Assembly (NCBI GenBank): GCA_009602735.1
Contig: WELA01003054.1
Span: 70,408 to 134,407, forward strand
Source: Mesotaenium endlicherianum
Taxonomy: Eukaryota
DNA: 64,000 bases
Direction: 5' to 3'
Shown: positions 39,518 through 51,305 of the stretch, in pieces
How the letters are laid out: the number at the start of each line of letters is the position of its first letter
Numbering within the stretch: the first letter of the stretch is position 1
Program-made: the position numbers and the translations under genes
Notes under the pieces: model-generated
Databases searched by the model: none
Seen by the model: the letters and a program-made list of their open reading frames with translations, nothing else
What the model was told of the DNA's origin: nothing

Positions 39518-40464
39518 CTATAGCACGGTCCTCTCGGCTTGAAATTCTGCTGCCTGCGCTGGTACTGCACAAGTCCCAACTCCATGGGTACTGGACCTTG
39601 AACACTCGTGCTTGGCGCTTGAGATCCAAAGTGTCGATATCCTCCAAAGTTGTGGCTGCCCCACTGCCTCTGACTATACTCCACAGCGTCGACCCTTGTT
39701 GCCAATGCCATCATTTCTCCAAGACTGGTAGGGTCCTTGAGCGCCACTTCCTTGGCCACAGTTGGCTTGAGTCCCCTCTTGAACTTGTCCATCATCTCCG
39801 ACTCGTGCATGGATGGACATTGAAGCACCAGCTCGTTGAAGCGCGATACATACTCCTGAACGCTTCCTCGTTGACGAAGGCGCACCAATAGATCTCGAGC
39901 GGTAGCCTCGGGTGCAATAGGTTGAAATTGCCTCTTCAAGCCTTCAAATAGCTGATCAACAGTAGCAGGAACTCCAGACAGCTGCTCTTCTCGTTCATAC
40001 CAAGCTCCAGCACTCTTCTGCAGCAAAGTTATGACAAAGGCGACTTGCCTGTCGGGCGTGAGCGCAGAATACTCCATAAACTTCTTCACTCCAAAAATCC
40101 ATTGATGAACAGGCGGCGATCCACGCTCTCCAGTATAAACTTCAGGCTTAGGTGCACGCACTCCTGATGCGGGTGGAATAACTGGTTGCACCACTTGGTT
40201 AACATGAATCGGTGGCACAACAGGTGCAGGTGCCGAACTCGTCGAAGCGGCGTTCTCCATAACAACTCGCACCATTCTCTCCACCTCCGCGCACATATTT
40301 TGTTGAAACTGGGTGTAGACTTCTCCTCCAATTGCATTTGCCATTTGTCTTAGCATCGCCTGCATCTCTTGTTGCTCTCTGGTCATTGTTGGTGCTGCCT
40401 GCTGCCCCGCGCGCTCAACATGCTCGACATGTTCGCCTCCTCCAGCTGCCGGCTGCGACTCCAT
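39433..40464 (-). CDS. gag: Chromovirus Gag (capsid plus CCHC zinc knuckle)
   Basis: Motifs PKPEVYTG, AGAWY, LRQRGSVQEYVSRF, FKRGLK, GPVPMELG and CYSCGKLGHLARDC. Confidence 0.93.
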   Translation of the reverse strand: MESQPAAGGGEHVEHVERAGQQAAPTMTREQQEMQAMLRQMANAIGGEVYTQFQQNMCAEVERMVRVVMENAASTSSAPAPVVPPIHVNQVVQPVIPPASGVRAPKPEVYTGERGSPPVHQWIFGVKKFMEYSALTPDRQVAFVITLLQKSAGAWYEREEQLSGVPATVDQLFEGLKRQFQPIAPEATARDLLVRLRQRGSVQEYVSRFNELVLQCPSMHESEMMDKFKRGLKPTVAKEVALKDPTSLGEMMALATRVDAVEYSQRQWGSHNFGGYRHFGSQAPSTSVQGPVPMELGLVQYQRRQQNFKPRGPCYSCGKLGHLARDCHVKAKQPQQQEKGGRQ

Positions 40465-40487
40465 AATATAATATGCAAACTAGCCCT

Positions 40488-40499
40488 GCTCCGATACCA
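40488..40499 (-). promoter_or_regulatory. Primer-binding site (initiator tRNA-Met type)
   Basis: TGGTATCGGAGC lies 2 nt after the LTR terminal CA and has one mismatch to the canonical TGGTATCAGAGC. Confidence 0.85.
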
Positions 40500-40501
40500 G
40501 A

Positions 40502-41245
40502 TGAAAGGGGCAAAGTGCCCTAGTGGAAGCGTAGTGACTCACGAGGAAAGGAACTAGTTGCCATCATACTAGAGAGTGCAGCGGCATATCACTAACAAAG
40601 CTTAGGAAAATTACTCAACATTTTGAGTAGCAAGAAACTGCTCACAAATGATGTAGGATGAAAGGCCTTGTCATTACAAACCCGTAGAAATTTACAGAAG
40701 TGAAAACTGATAAGAAACAAAGAAGTTATGCCTATTTATAATTTTCTGCCTAAGTGCTCCTCCCTAGGAGGAAGCTACGGATTTTCCTAAGTGTTCGTCA
40801 AATCGTCCCTTCCAGAATATTCGTGAGTAAGCCAGATCAGTCTAATCTGACGTGTCGGGCCGAATTGACGTCCACATACATGCATCGACATTACTAGAAT
40901 ATTCTATCTTAGACGCGCTAGGCTAAACCGAAACTTCTAGGTAAATCGACCTAGTCGGCACTCCGCGTCAGCCGAACTTACGTGAAGGTTCGAGTTCATT
41001 CTAACGGGCCAGATCGCTCGACGCTGTCGGTCAATCCGACGGTCACGCTCACCGCGAATTAAGCACAGTCGTCAACCGACCTCAAAACTAATTAAACTTC
41101 AGAAATCCGTAACTCTCTCAATACTTGACCAAATTCGATGAACTTTACATCAAAATGACCCCAAAAATGCACTCTACACTACTAAACATCCAAAACATAC
41201 TTTTATGAAACTCAAAAATGCACTTTATAAGCCTATGACCTTACA
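40502..41245 (-). repeat. Internal LTR (744 bp): 5' LTR of the nested chromovirus copy
   Basis: Near-identical to 35103-35846. It directly abuts a broken RT sequence at 41246 with no polypurine tract. Confidence 0.95.
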
Positions 41246-43646
41246 CACATGCTCTTCCAAGGTCTTCGAATAGATCAGGATGTCGTCCAAAAATACCACC
41301 ACAAACTGGTCCAAGTAGGGTCTGAAGATACTATTTATGAGTCCCATAAATGTAGCAGGTGCATTAGTCAATCCAAAAGGCATGACTGTGAACTCGAACA
41401 AACCATAGCGAGTTCTGAAAGCAGTCTTCTGAACGTCTCCTTCCGCAATCCGTACCTGGTGATAGCCACTCCTCAAATTGATCTTCGAGAAGTACTTCGC
41501 ACTGACAAGCCTGTCAATTAACTCGTCCACTCGTGGAAGTGGGTACCTGTTCTTGATGGTGACCTTGTTAAGTGCCCGATAGTCGACACACATCCTCATA
41601 GTCCCTTTTTTTTCTTCTTCACGAATAAAACTGGCGCTGCAAATGGAGACTCGCTTGGTCGGATGAATCCCTTCTCCAATAACTCTGTCAGCTGCTTCTT
41701 CAACTCATTCAACTCCGCAAATGATTGTTGATAGGCGGGTCTCACTGGTGGCTTGCTCCCTGGTTCCAACTCGATCTTGTGCTCCATAGCTCTCTGTGGA
41801 GGTAATCTTGCAAGTAGCTCCTCAAGAAAAACGCACTTGAACTCCTCCAACAACGCCTTAATTTGGGCAGGTATCTCAGCAGACTTCTTTTCTTGAGCAG
41901 TTGGGCTCTGCTCCTTCTGAGCAAGGGGATCAGACACCACTACTTGCTCCTCCGGCAATGTACATTTGCCCAGGCTGTTAGGATTCACGCTTGCTCCATT
42001 TAATGACCTGGCCAGGGCCACCGAAACAAGGTACATCTTCTTCACCTGATTCGCCTTGCATAGCTTCTTGACTTGCAGGCTTGACAAAAGACAGTTACTT
42101 GTGGTTGTATCTACCTCCACCTGTTTCGCTGTCTCCATTCGACCATCACACCCTTGGACCTTCACTTTTCCTGTGCTCCAGTACATTTGAGAATTGGCTT
42201 TTCTTAGCCATGGTCGGCCCAATATCACCTCATGGTGACCCAACTCTGCCTGCTCCATAACTTCCTTACTCCGGTGCCTCGCTACTTCCACGTGAATAGC
42301 GTCCGTAGGTGCACCACACTTGAGTCTCTGCCCATTCGCCAAATTGCCTCCCTAGGCTCATAATGCTTCTGCACAGGGAGTCGCCACTCTTTCACCAGCT
42401 TCTTGTGCATAAATTTGCACTTACGCCACTGTCGACCATAAACCTTGCCTTGTTGCCGTCAACCACTCCTTCCACGATGATAGGCTTGTCAACATCTTGT
42501 CTTTCGCTTCTTGGCAGGCTCCTGGGATTAACCTCCTTCTGAATTCTCGTCTTCACGCCAGTAGACACTCCAGAACGACTTACTGGCGTCCTCCTTTTTC
42601 CTGCTGTTGAGGTTGCTTCGCCTTCACATGACAGTCTCAAGCCAGATGTCCAAGCTTGCCACAATTATAGCAGGGTCCTCTCGGCTTAAAATTCTGCTTC
42701 CTGCGCTGATTCTGAACAAGTCCCAACTCCATAGGTACTGGACCTTGTTCACTCGTGCTTGGCGCTTGAGAACCATAGTGTTGCTGTCCTCCAAAGTTGT
42801 GGTTGCCCCACTGCCTCATACTATACTCCACAGGGTCGACCCTTGTTGCCAATGCCATCATTTCTCCAAGACTGGTAGGGTCCTTGAGCGCCACTTCCTT
42901 GGCCACAGTTGGCTTGAGTCCCCTCTTGAACTTGTCCATCATCTCCGACTCCTGCATGGATGGACATTGAAGCACCAGCTCGTTGAAGCGCGAAACATAC
43001 TCCTGAACGCTTCCTCGTTGACAAAGGGGCACCAATAGATCTCGAGCGGTAGCCTCGGGTGCAATAGGTTGAAATTGCCCCTTCAAGCCTTCAAATAGCT
43101 GATCAACAGTAGCAGGAACTCCAGACAGCTGCTCTTCTCGTTCATACCAAGCTCCAGCACTCTTCTGCAGCAAAGTTATGACAAAGGCGACTTGCCTGTC
43201 GTGCGTGAGCGCAGAATACTCCATAAACTTCTTCACTCCAAAAATCCATTGATGAACAGGTGGCGATCCACGCTCTCCAGTATACACTTCAGGCTTAGGC
43301 GCACGCACTCCCGATGCGGGTGGAATAACTGGTTGCACCACTGGGTTAACATGAATTAGTGGTACAACAGGTGCAGGTGCCGAACTCGTCGAAGCGGCAT
43401 TCCCAACAACAACTCGCACTATCCTCTCCACCTCCGCGCGCATATTTTGTTGAAACTGGGTGTAAACTTCTCCTCCAATTGCATTTGCCATTTGCCTAGC
43501 ATTGCTTGCATCTCTTGTTGCTCTCTCGTCTTGTTGGTGCTGCCTGCTGTCCCGCGCGCTCAACATGCTCGACATGTTCGCCTCCTCCAACTGCCGGCTG
43601 CGACTCCATAATATAATATGCAAACTAGCCCAACTCCGATACCGGA
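41246..43646 (-). pseudogene. Degenerate gag-protease-partial RT of the host chromovirus copy
   Basis: Highly similar to 38099-40501, with frameshifts, a CGA>TGA stop at 42637-42639 and a mutated PBS. RT stops at ..KTLEEHV where the LTR begins. Confidence 0.9.
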
Positions 43647-44167
43647 TGAAAGGGGCTGAGTGCCCTAGTGGAAGCGTAGTGACTCACGAGGAAAAGAACT
43701 AGTTGCAATCATACTAAAGAGTGCAGCGGCATATCACTAAGAAAGCTTAGGAAAAATACTCAACATTTTGAGTAGCAAGGAATTGCTCACAAATGATGTA
43801 GGATGAAAGGCCTTGTCATTACAAACCCGTAGACATTTATAGAAGTGAAAATTCATAAGAAACAAAGAAGTTATGCCTGTTTATAAGTTTCTGCCGAAAT
43901 TACATGAAGATTCGAATTCACTCTAACGGGTCAGATCGCTTGACGCTGTTGGTCAATCCGACGGTCGCGCTCACCGCAAATTAAGGACAGTCGTCAACCA
44001 ACCTCAAAACTAATTAAACTCCGGAAATCCGTAAGTCTCTCAATACTTGACCCAATTCGATGAACTTTATTTCAAAATGACCACAAAATGCACTCCTACA
44101 CTACTATACAATCAAAACATACTTTCATGAAACTCAAAAATGCACTTTATAAACCTATGACCTTACA
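43647..44167 (-). repeat. Outer 5' LTR (521 bp, about 223-bp internal deletion)
   Basis: Same termini as the other LTRs. The deletion junction is near 43895, and the GCACG TSD follows. Confidence 0.92.
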
Positions 44168-44389
44168 GCACGTGTGTCGGTGTCAGACTGGGGGTTGACC
44201 CATTCCTGGTCTTCCTGCACTTGTGTCATGCGGTAGAGTATCCCACACTCAGTGCTTCCCATGCTCAACCGGTTCCTCATTTCACACTACCTACACATTA
44301 TAGAAATTCTCAAAAAAATAACTTGTCCTCAATTTCCCTTACACTCCTCCCTTTTAGCTGAGACGTCCCTGCCTTTCCGCTGAAAGCTT

Positions 44390-44833
44390 CTATCTCCTAG
44401 CTCTGCGGCTGGAAGTTTTAGAAAGGCAGTCAGGACATTCCCACCGTCCTGCCATAGTCTCTTCTTAACCAATGCAGAAGGTGTGCCAATGGGCACTACA
44501 CTTATCGCAAGTTACCATTGCTTCTTAATCATCCAGCACTTTGCAGCTGGCACAAGGCGTGGCTGGCACCAATTCCTCGGGCACAGCCTTAACCATAGGA
44601 TCGATATTGGGCAAATGGCCCAGCGAGCAGTTCTGCACGTGATCTCTCATGGGCTTACTATCAGAATCTTCCAGATCCAACACACCATTGTCAAACGCAT
44701 GTTTCATGCGTAAAATCACTGCACCTGAACTGGTGTCGATGGTGGTCTTGGTCTGGCGCTTGCGGTAGACGAGTCTTCTTCCTGGATCTGCGTCATTTGC
44801 AGGCGGTAGCTCCCATCTCGCGTCCTGGCGCAA
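44390..44833 (-). pseudogene. Integrase C-terminal region with PHD finger (two in-frame TAA stops)
   Basis: Manual translation gives CASCKVLDD*EAMVTCDKCSAHWHTFCIG*EETMAGRWECPDC, a C4-H-C3 pattern with WxCxxC. Confidence 0.8.
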
Positions 44834-45693
44834 CGCTGCGTGTCTCTTTTCTGTGCAATTTTTAGATTGTCCAGGGCAGCAGGCATCATGCGCTCAAATA
44901 ACGCCTTGCGGCGTACCATAACCTTCAGCAGCTCATCAGGGTTGTCCAGGTCTTTCACCAGCTCAATCTTTTGCTTGATGCTGCTGGGCACAACAGGACT
45001 TCTGCCATACAGAATCTGATAAGGCGAGTAATTTGCTAAAGCAGCTTGCTTGCTAAATCTGTAACCCATAACCAGCCATGGCAGGGCCAGATCCCAATCA
45101 CGCTTATCATGCTCAAGGCAAAATTTGCGCAAAGCAGACTTAATGGTTTGCACCATCCGTTCTGCTAGACCATCCGCTTGTGGGTGGTTTCTAGACGTAG
45201 TGCAATGGTCAATGAAGCATCTGTCCAAGAGTTTCTGAAAAAATCCTTGGAACTCAGACCCTTGGTCTGTCAGCACTTCTGCTGGAGCTCCATGACGTAC
45301 AATCACACCGTTGAGGAGCGCTTCCGCGGTCTCCAAGCTCTCCTTAGCAATTAGAGGCACAACCTCTATCCACTTAGAGAAATGCCCAATCATGACCCTA
45401 ATGTACTCGTTACCTCGCTTGGACAGCGGTAGCTCTCCTGCGAGATTGCAGATCCACCGGTAGCCTAGGCCCATGATTGGCAGAGGTTGCAGGTGTGGAT
45501 GTTGCTGTGTAAAACCAGCCTTGACGAGATCACAACTTTGGCAGGCCTTGATCACATCCTCATACTGCTGCTTCATGCCCCTCCACCAGTAAGACAGCTC
45601 CAGAAGACTGTACGTCTTCTTAATATCATAGGGTCCAGTATTCTCGTGCATTTCCTGCACCAGAGTTTGCCTTTTGGTGGGTTCTGGCACCAA
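44716..45693 (-). pseudogene. Gypsy integrase (zinc-binding plus rve core)
   Basis: Motifs YWWRGM..CQSC, HFSKWIEVVPL, VLTDQGSEF, HPQADGLAERMVQTIK and SPYQILYGR. The first catalytic Asp appears as Asn (ICNLAG). Confidence 0.88.
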
Positions 45694-45888
45694 CTTCTCC
45701 TGACCAGTTTCTTCAATCGTAAAGAGGTTATTGCGTTTCCAGCAAAACCTTTTAGCTCAATGGCTTACTTGGTCCTTCTCTTGTACAGATAATCCCTCCA
45801 TGTGGACTCCCGTCTTCAGCCAGTGCATAGTGGCTTGATCTTTCCAGATCTCTGGACTGAACAGCGGTAGAGGCTTAGCTTCACCTGA

Positions 45889-46632
45889 TGAAAAGGGCAA
45901 AGTGCCCTAGTGGAAGCGTAGTAACTCACGAGGAAAGGAACTAGTTGCAATCATACTAGAGTGTGTAGCGGCATATTGCTAAGAAAGCTTAGGAAAATTA
46001 CTTGACATTTTGAGTGGCAAGAAACTCCTCACAAATGTACTTGGATAAAAGGTCTTGTCATTACAAACCCGTAGAAATTTACAGAAGTGAAAACTGATAA
46101 GAAACAAAGAAGTTATGCCTATTTATAATTTTCTGCCTAAGTGCTCCTCCCTAGGAGGAAGCTACCAAATTTCCTTAGTATTTGTCAAATCGTCCCTTCC
46201 AGATTATTCGTGAGTGAGCCAGATCATTCTAATGTGACGTGTCGGGCCGAATTGACGTCCACATACATGCATCGACATTACTAGAATATTCTATCTTAGA
46301 CGCGCTAGGCTAAACCGAAACTTCTAGGTAAATCGACCTAGTCGGCACTCCGCGTCAGCCGAACTTACGTGAAGGTTCGAGTTCATTCTAACGGGCCAGA
46401 TCGCTCGACGCTGTCGGTCAATCCGACGGTCGCGCTCACCGCGAATTAAGGACAGTCGTCAACCGACCTCAAAACTAATTAAACTCTGGAAATCCATAAC
46501 TCTCTCAATACTTGACCAAATTCGATGAACTTAATATCAAAATGATCACCAAAATGCATTCTACACTACTGTACAATCAAAACATACTTTCATGAAACTC
46601 AAAAATGCACTTTATAAACCTATGACCTTACA
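45889..46632 (-). mobile_element. Solo LTR (744 bp) of the chromovirus family, inserted between RNase H and integrase of the DNMT element
   Basis: Homologous to 40502-41245. 5-bp TSD CCTGA at 45884-45888 and 46633-46637. Confidence 0.95.
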
Positions 46633-48066
46633 CCTGACGCTACCATTCTAGCCATTTCGGCCAGACAAGCTGCCACCTCTGCTGGACTGCTCGGATCTTC
46701 GTCTTCTCGAGCTCCTGGTCTGTCGTCTGAGGATGGGTCCGGGTTCCTGCTGAGTCCATCGGCGTCGTTGTTGAGTACACCTGCTCGATGCACCACCGTC
46801 ATCTGGTAGTCCTGGAGCTTGAGAGTCCGACGAGCCAATTTACCAATGAGGTCTCCATTCTTCATCAGCCAGAGTAACGGCGAGTGATCTGTGATGAGCG
46901 TGAAGGGTCTTCCCCATGCATACTCTCTGAAATGTGCGACAGCCCAAACCACTGCCCGTAGCTCTCCTTCGTAGGACAAGTAGTTGCTTTCTGCTCGGTT
47001 GTTAGAGCGCGAGGCATAGGCAATGACGTACTCCTCTCTAGGACTTGCGGCCTGAATGAGTATTGCGCCGATTCCCACACAACTCCATCCAATGTGTAGA
47101 TTGAACAGCTTGGAGTAGTCAGACGTTTGCAAGACTGGGGCCGCTACCAGCCGCTCCTTGAGCTCGTTCATGGCCTTCTCCTGGACTTTTGTCCACACAA
47201 AAGGTACATCTTTTTTCAAGAGTTCTGTCCAGGATTTAGCAATTTTGCTTTAGTCCTTCACAAATTTACGATAGTTTCCTCTTAACCCTAACAGAGCTTT
47301 CAATTTATACACATTCGCAGGTGCAGGTATCCTGTAAATGGCCTAGCCTGAGGGGACATAGCATTGTTCCCAATCTCATGTCCTAAGTAAGGCACATGTG
47401 CCTTCAAAAATTTGCACTTTTTGAGATGCAGCGTCATCTGGAATTTCTCCAGGCGCTGGAACACTTGTTCCAAGTACTCGAGGTGCTCCTCTATGGACTT
47501 GCTAGACACCACTACGTTATCAATGTATAGTTTTGCGAAATCCAGCCCCTCCAGCACTTTATCCATAGTCCTCTGAAAGATGGCTGGGGCATTTTTCAGC
47601 CCAAACGGCATTACCGTCCATTGCCAAAGTTCCCTTTGAGCCCAGAAAGTGGTCTTACCTCGACCTTCTGTTTTCACAGGGATTTGGTTGAAGCCTTGGC
47701 GTAGATCGATGATGCTGAACACCTTCCCGGTGGTGGCAATCGCAAAGATCCGCTCTAGTGTAGGCATCACATAGCTGTCTGCTCCGTGTGGAGATTCAGT
47801 CGCCTGTAGTCTCCACACATACGAGTGGCTGTATAATTGCCAGCCTCGTGCTTCTTGGCAACTACTACTGTGGGAGCTCCATGTACTGAGGTTGATTTCT
47901 CAATCATGCCGAGCTTGTGGAGCTCCTGGCAAGTTTTCTCCACACAGTCCCATTCGGTCTGATTGAGCTTATGCGGCCCAAGTCTGACTAGGTTATCAGT
48001 AGTTAGTGTGATCTCACACACGCTGGCAGTGGTTCTACCAATCTCCTCCTCGGTGAAAGCAAACAC
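46633..48066 (-). pseudogene. Reverse transcriptase and RNase H of the DNMT-bearing gypsy element (frameshifted)
   Basis: RT motifs RMCGDYRRLN, IDLRQGFNQI, MPFGLKNAPAIFQR and LYIDN (YxDD decayed). RNase H motifs IAYASRS, EGELRAVVWAV, ITDHSPL and NDADGLSR. Confidence 0.88.
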
Positions 48067-50339
48067 CTTGTGGTGCTTCTTCAGCAGCCTTTCTACTTGT
48101 GCTCTCTGTTGGGCTCAAACCATTTTTCCAATGATGAAAACCTCAGTTTCTGGCTGCTTTTCCCGAACACAGGCATCCAGTAGTTGCTACTCTTTGGGTT
48201 CAGGTGGGGGCTTTCCGCCCTCATCCTGACCTTCAGGCTTTTTTGCCTGATTGTTAGGCGGTGGAGGGGCAGGCTTCACAGCTTGCTCCTCCGCTGACTT
48301 AGGCTCGGCGGCCTGCTTCTTATGCCTTTTACCTTTTCCGATGGATCGTCGCCTCTCCTGTTGAGTGGAGTATGTCAGACGCCTCCAAATGGGCTGCCTC
48401 AAGAACCTTTCTTCATCTGCTGCAGTCCAGCTGGTCCCCGTTCCTCCCTCTTCACGTGGTGGGGGCAGGGTCGGGAAAGGCCACCCTGCTGGATCTGCTC
48501 TGGGGTCGATTGCCCAACCCCACTCGCGCTCAATGGTAGCAATGCGCACAACGGTTGTGCCAAACTCTTCCCTTGCTGGTGGCGTAACCGTCCATGCTTG
48601 TGTCAAAGTCTGCGGTCTTTAAGCCGCAGCTAGTTGTGCGTATACATCATTCTCCGTTGTCAAGCGGCTTATGGTACTTCTCAGCTCTACCAATTCCCTT
48701 TCAAAACCGCAGGTGTCCTAGGCGCTGAACTATCCTTCTCCCACGTTCCAGTGGATGAGGGGCACGCCATGGGAATGTGAATTCCCAATGCCATGGCTTT
48801 GCAAATCAAGCCATCCTCTCCCTCTCTCTGCAAAATCTCCAGGATAGGTTGCGGAGGAGGAGCCATGGTTCCTTTTGGAACCCCTTCTCTCTGAGCTGCT
48901 CCCTTATACTTGAGATAACGCATCAGCATCCGCCTGAAAGGTGCATTCTCTTCCCTGGCCACCTTTCTTGGTCTGCGTTGCGCGACCGTGAGGATTACCT
49001 TGTGTTGGTTCCACCTTAGCGGTGCAGGCAGCCACTTCCTGCGGCTGTTGTAACTGACGTGGGGTAGCATCTGGTGCTAGAAAACTGGCGGTTGGAGTGC
49101 TGGATGTAGGTGACTTCAGATTGTTGTATAGATCTGCCGGTCTGGGCCCCTCCATTATCAAGTGGTCGGCCACCCAGTCATCCAACCTGAGCTCTTGTAG
49201 CTCCAACAGGTCCAGCTCTAGGGTAGGAAAACGTGAAATTTCTTCCTGAATCTCCTCTTCATTGGTGACTGAAAGCAAGTTGAACTTTGGAAGGTCTGGC
49301 ATCTCTGCCTCATCTTCAACTGACTTCTCCACTCCAGGTGGTGGTAGCTCTCCATCATTATCTGTGTTGAGCTTCGCCAGGTTGACGATGGCAGAGTGCT
49401 TGCCGCCTTAGCCACTTCCTCTTCCTTGTGCCGTTGAGCGTCTGCTTCTAGCAGCTGCTCCATGATCTGCCTTGCAATGAATTGTCTGACAGGCCAAACC
49501 CTGCTGTTGCCCCTTAGCCTGCGGCTCTGGGCTCATCAAAGAAGGTGTTGTGGACAATTGCTTGCCCGACTCCTCCTTGCGTTCTTCGTATATCACTTCG
49601 AGGCATATGGTCTTTGCAGACCCTCCAGAATCTCCTGAATTCTGGCTACTCTTTTCAGCCCATTCACCAATACTGCGTTGGCGTTCTTGCACTGATGCTT
49701 GGTTCAGATAGTATTCAAAGTCTTCAAGCGTTGGCTCAGGGGCCTTCTTCTCAGACTCCTCTGACATGTCTTGTAATGGCGCTTGCTCTGGTGAAGACGA
49801 TAGACACTTTTGGTTAGCCTCCCAGCTACTTGAGCTTTCCTGCCAATAGTCTCCGCACCCAACTGCTCTTGGGCTGAGGTTGGTATCATACTCTGATACG
49901 GCATCTTCTGAAGTCTTCTCACGCCTTGATGTCGCGGCTCCGGAAGGTGATGTCTCAAATATCTGACTGTGAGTGGCGTTTCCCACAGAAGACGTGGTGT
50001 CCTGCGTATCGTCTTCTGCACTTGGCAGCGGCGTTGTGTGCTCAAACATCTGGTCCCCTATGGGTGTATCCTCTTTTTCTAGAGGTGCTTGTAATTCAGC
50101 GATCCGATTATCGATCCGGTCCAACAGATCCTGGCATCTCATCAGTTCAGCTACCCCAACTTTCCTGAATGCTCTGTCTTTGGCAGCTTCCGCTGCGTCT
50201 CTTTGCATACCGTATTCTTCTTGTTGCTATTGTGCCGTCCTGATAGCCCTCTAATTAGATGTTGGCACCACATGGACCCCAATTGTCACTGGTCTTGGCC
50301 TCCGCATAGGCTTGTCGGTAAAGGTCAACTGCTGCCACG

Positions 50340-51305
50340 TCATGATTGTCTCCACCAGCCAAGTCATAGAGTGTTGTTCAATCATGTTGCCAAAAATCTT
50401 CGCAGCTTCATCTGAACCTACAGCATCGACTATCTGCCGAGCTATGGTGTCGAGTATTCCAAGGAAGTTTTCCTTCTCCATCGCAGTAGGCTCTCTCCAA
50501 ACGGCATCTCTTTCATGCATGTCTTTGACTATTCCTGGTCCACCTCCTATGAAGGCTCGGGATCTTGGATACCCTGTGAAGGTAGGCAGTACCACCCTTG
50601 GCTGACCTGGTTCGTTGATGACGCACTGTGGATAGGAATCCCTCTCGATCACTGGCTTGGTACGTACCGCCAGCGCCTCTTCCACTGTCAATGTCGTCGG
50701 TGATCGCCATGTAAGGTCCTCCATCTCTTTCAGGACCTCAATATACATGCCGTTGGTCCAAAATATTCTGGCCCTATGGAATAATCCTCCGTGCTTGGCG
50801 TCGTTGATTAGCACATGATGACCCAAGGTGGAGTCGAAAATCAGCCATGACTCTCCCGGCTTCAACTGCTTGTAATCCATTCCTGGATGCACGTTCTCAA
50901 TCACAAACACTGGTGGGTGATAGTGCTGACGTTCCCGCACCATGTTGATGATTTTCACCATCCATCGCCAGTGTTGTGCTCGTGGATCATTGAATCCCCT
51001 CCTGTTCCCAGCTTGGGAAAACGGTTGAGAAGGGAATCCAGCAAAGATCCAGTCAATCCTGTAGCCATACAGGTCTTCAAGCTTCACATTAATAATTTTG
51101 CCTCCAGCAATGCGCTCAACAGTGGCGTAGGCGGGGGCACCAACCCCTTAAAGTGATGCATTTGCTGCATCTGACTCATGACTTCTCTGAATGCTAGAAA
51201 AGCGTGGTTATCATTGTCCACATACAGGACTTTGGCCACCTGTATCTCTCGCTGGATCAATGCTATGGTCCCAGACCCAAGTCCGGCGAACAATTCCAAC
51301 ACCAT
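50340..51305 (-). pseudogene. DNMT3-like C5 cytosine DNA methyltransferase domain within the retrotransposon pol
   Basis: Motif I VLELFAGLGSG, motif II YVDND, motif III-like GGKIINV, motif IV AGFPSQPFS (PC appears as PS), motif VI FVIENV, motif VIII DAK..HRARIFWTN (compare DNMT3 DAK..HRARYFWGN), motif X IFGN. One frameshift lies near the C-run at about 51133-51137. Confidence 0.85.

Larger units (their letters stand above)
35103..44167 (-). mobile_element. Composite Ty3/gypsy chromovirus with three LTRs: LTR - full gag/pol - LTR - truncated gag/pol - LTR
   Basis: 5-bp TSD GCACG at 35098-35102 and 44168-44172. Each LTR reads TGTAAGGTCA...CCCTTTCA on the minus strand. Domain order is gag, protease, RT, RNase H, integrase, chromodomain. 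Confidence 0.93.

Noticed and set aside
51120..51145. Programmed frameshift inside the DNMT
   Set aside because: Only a C5 run, within an element full of random frameshifts and stops; decay is more likely.
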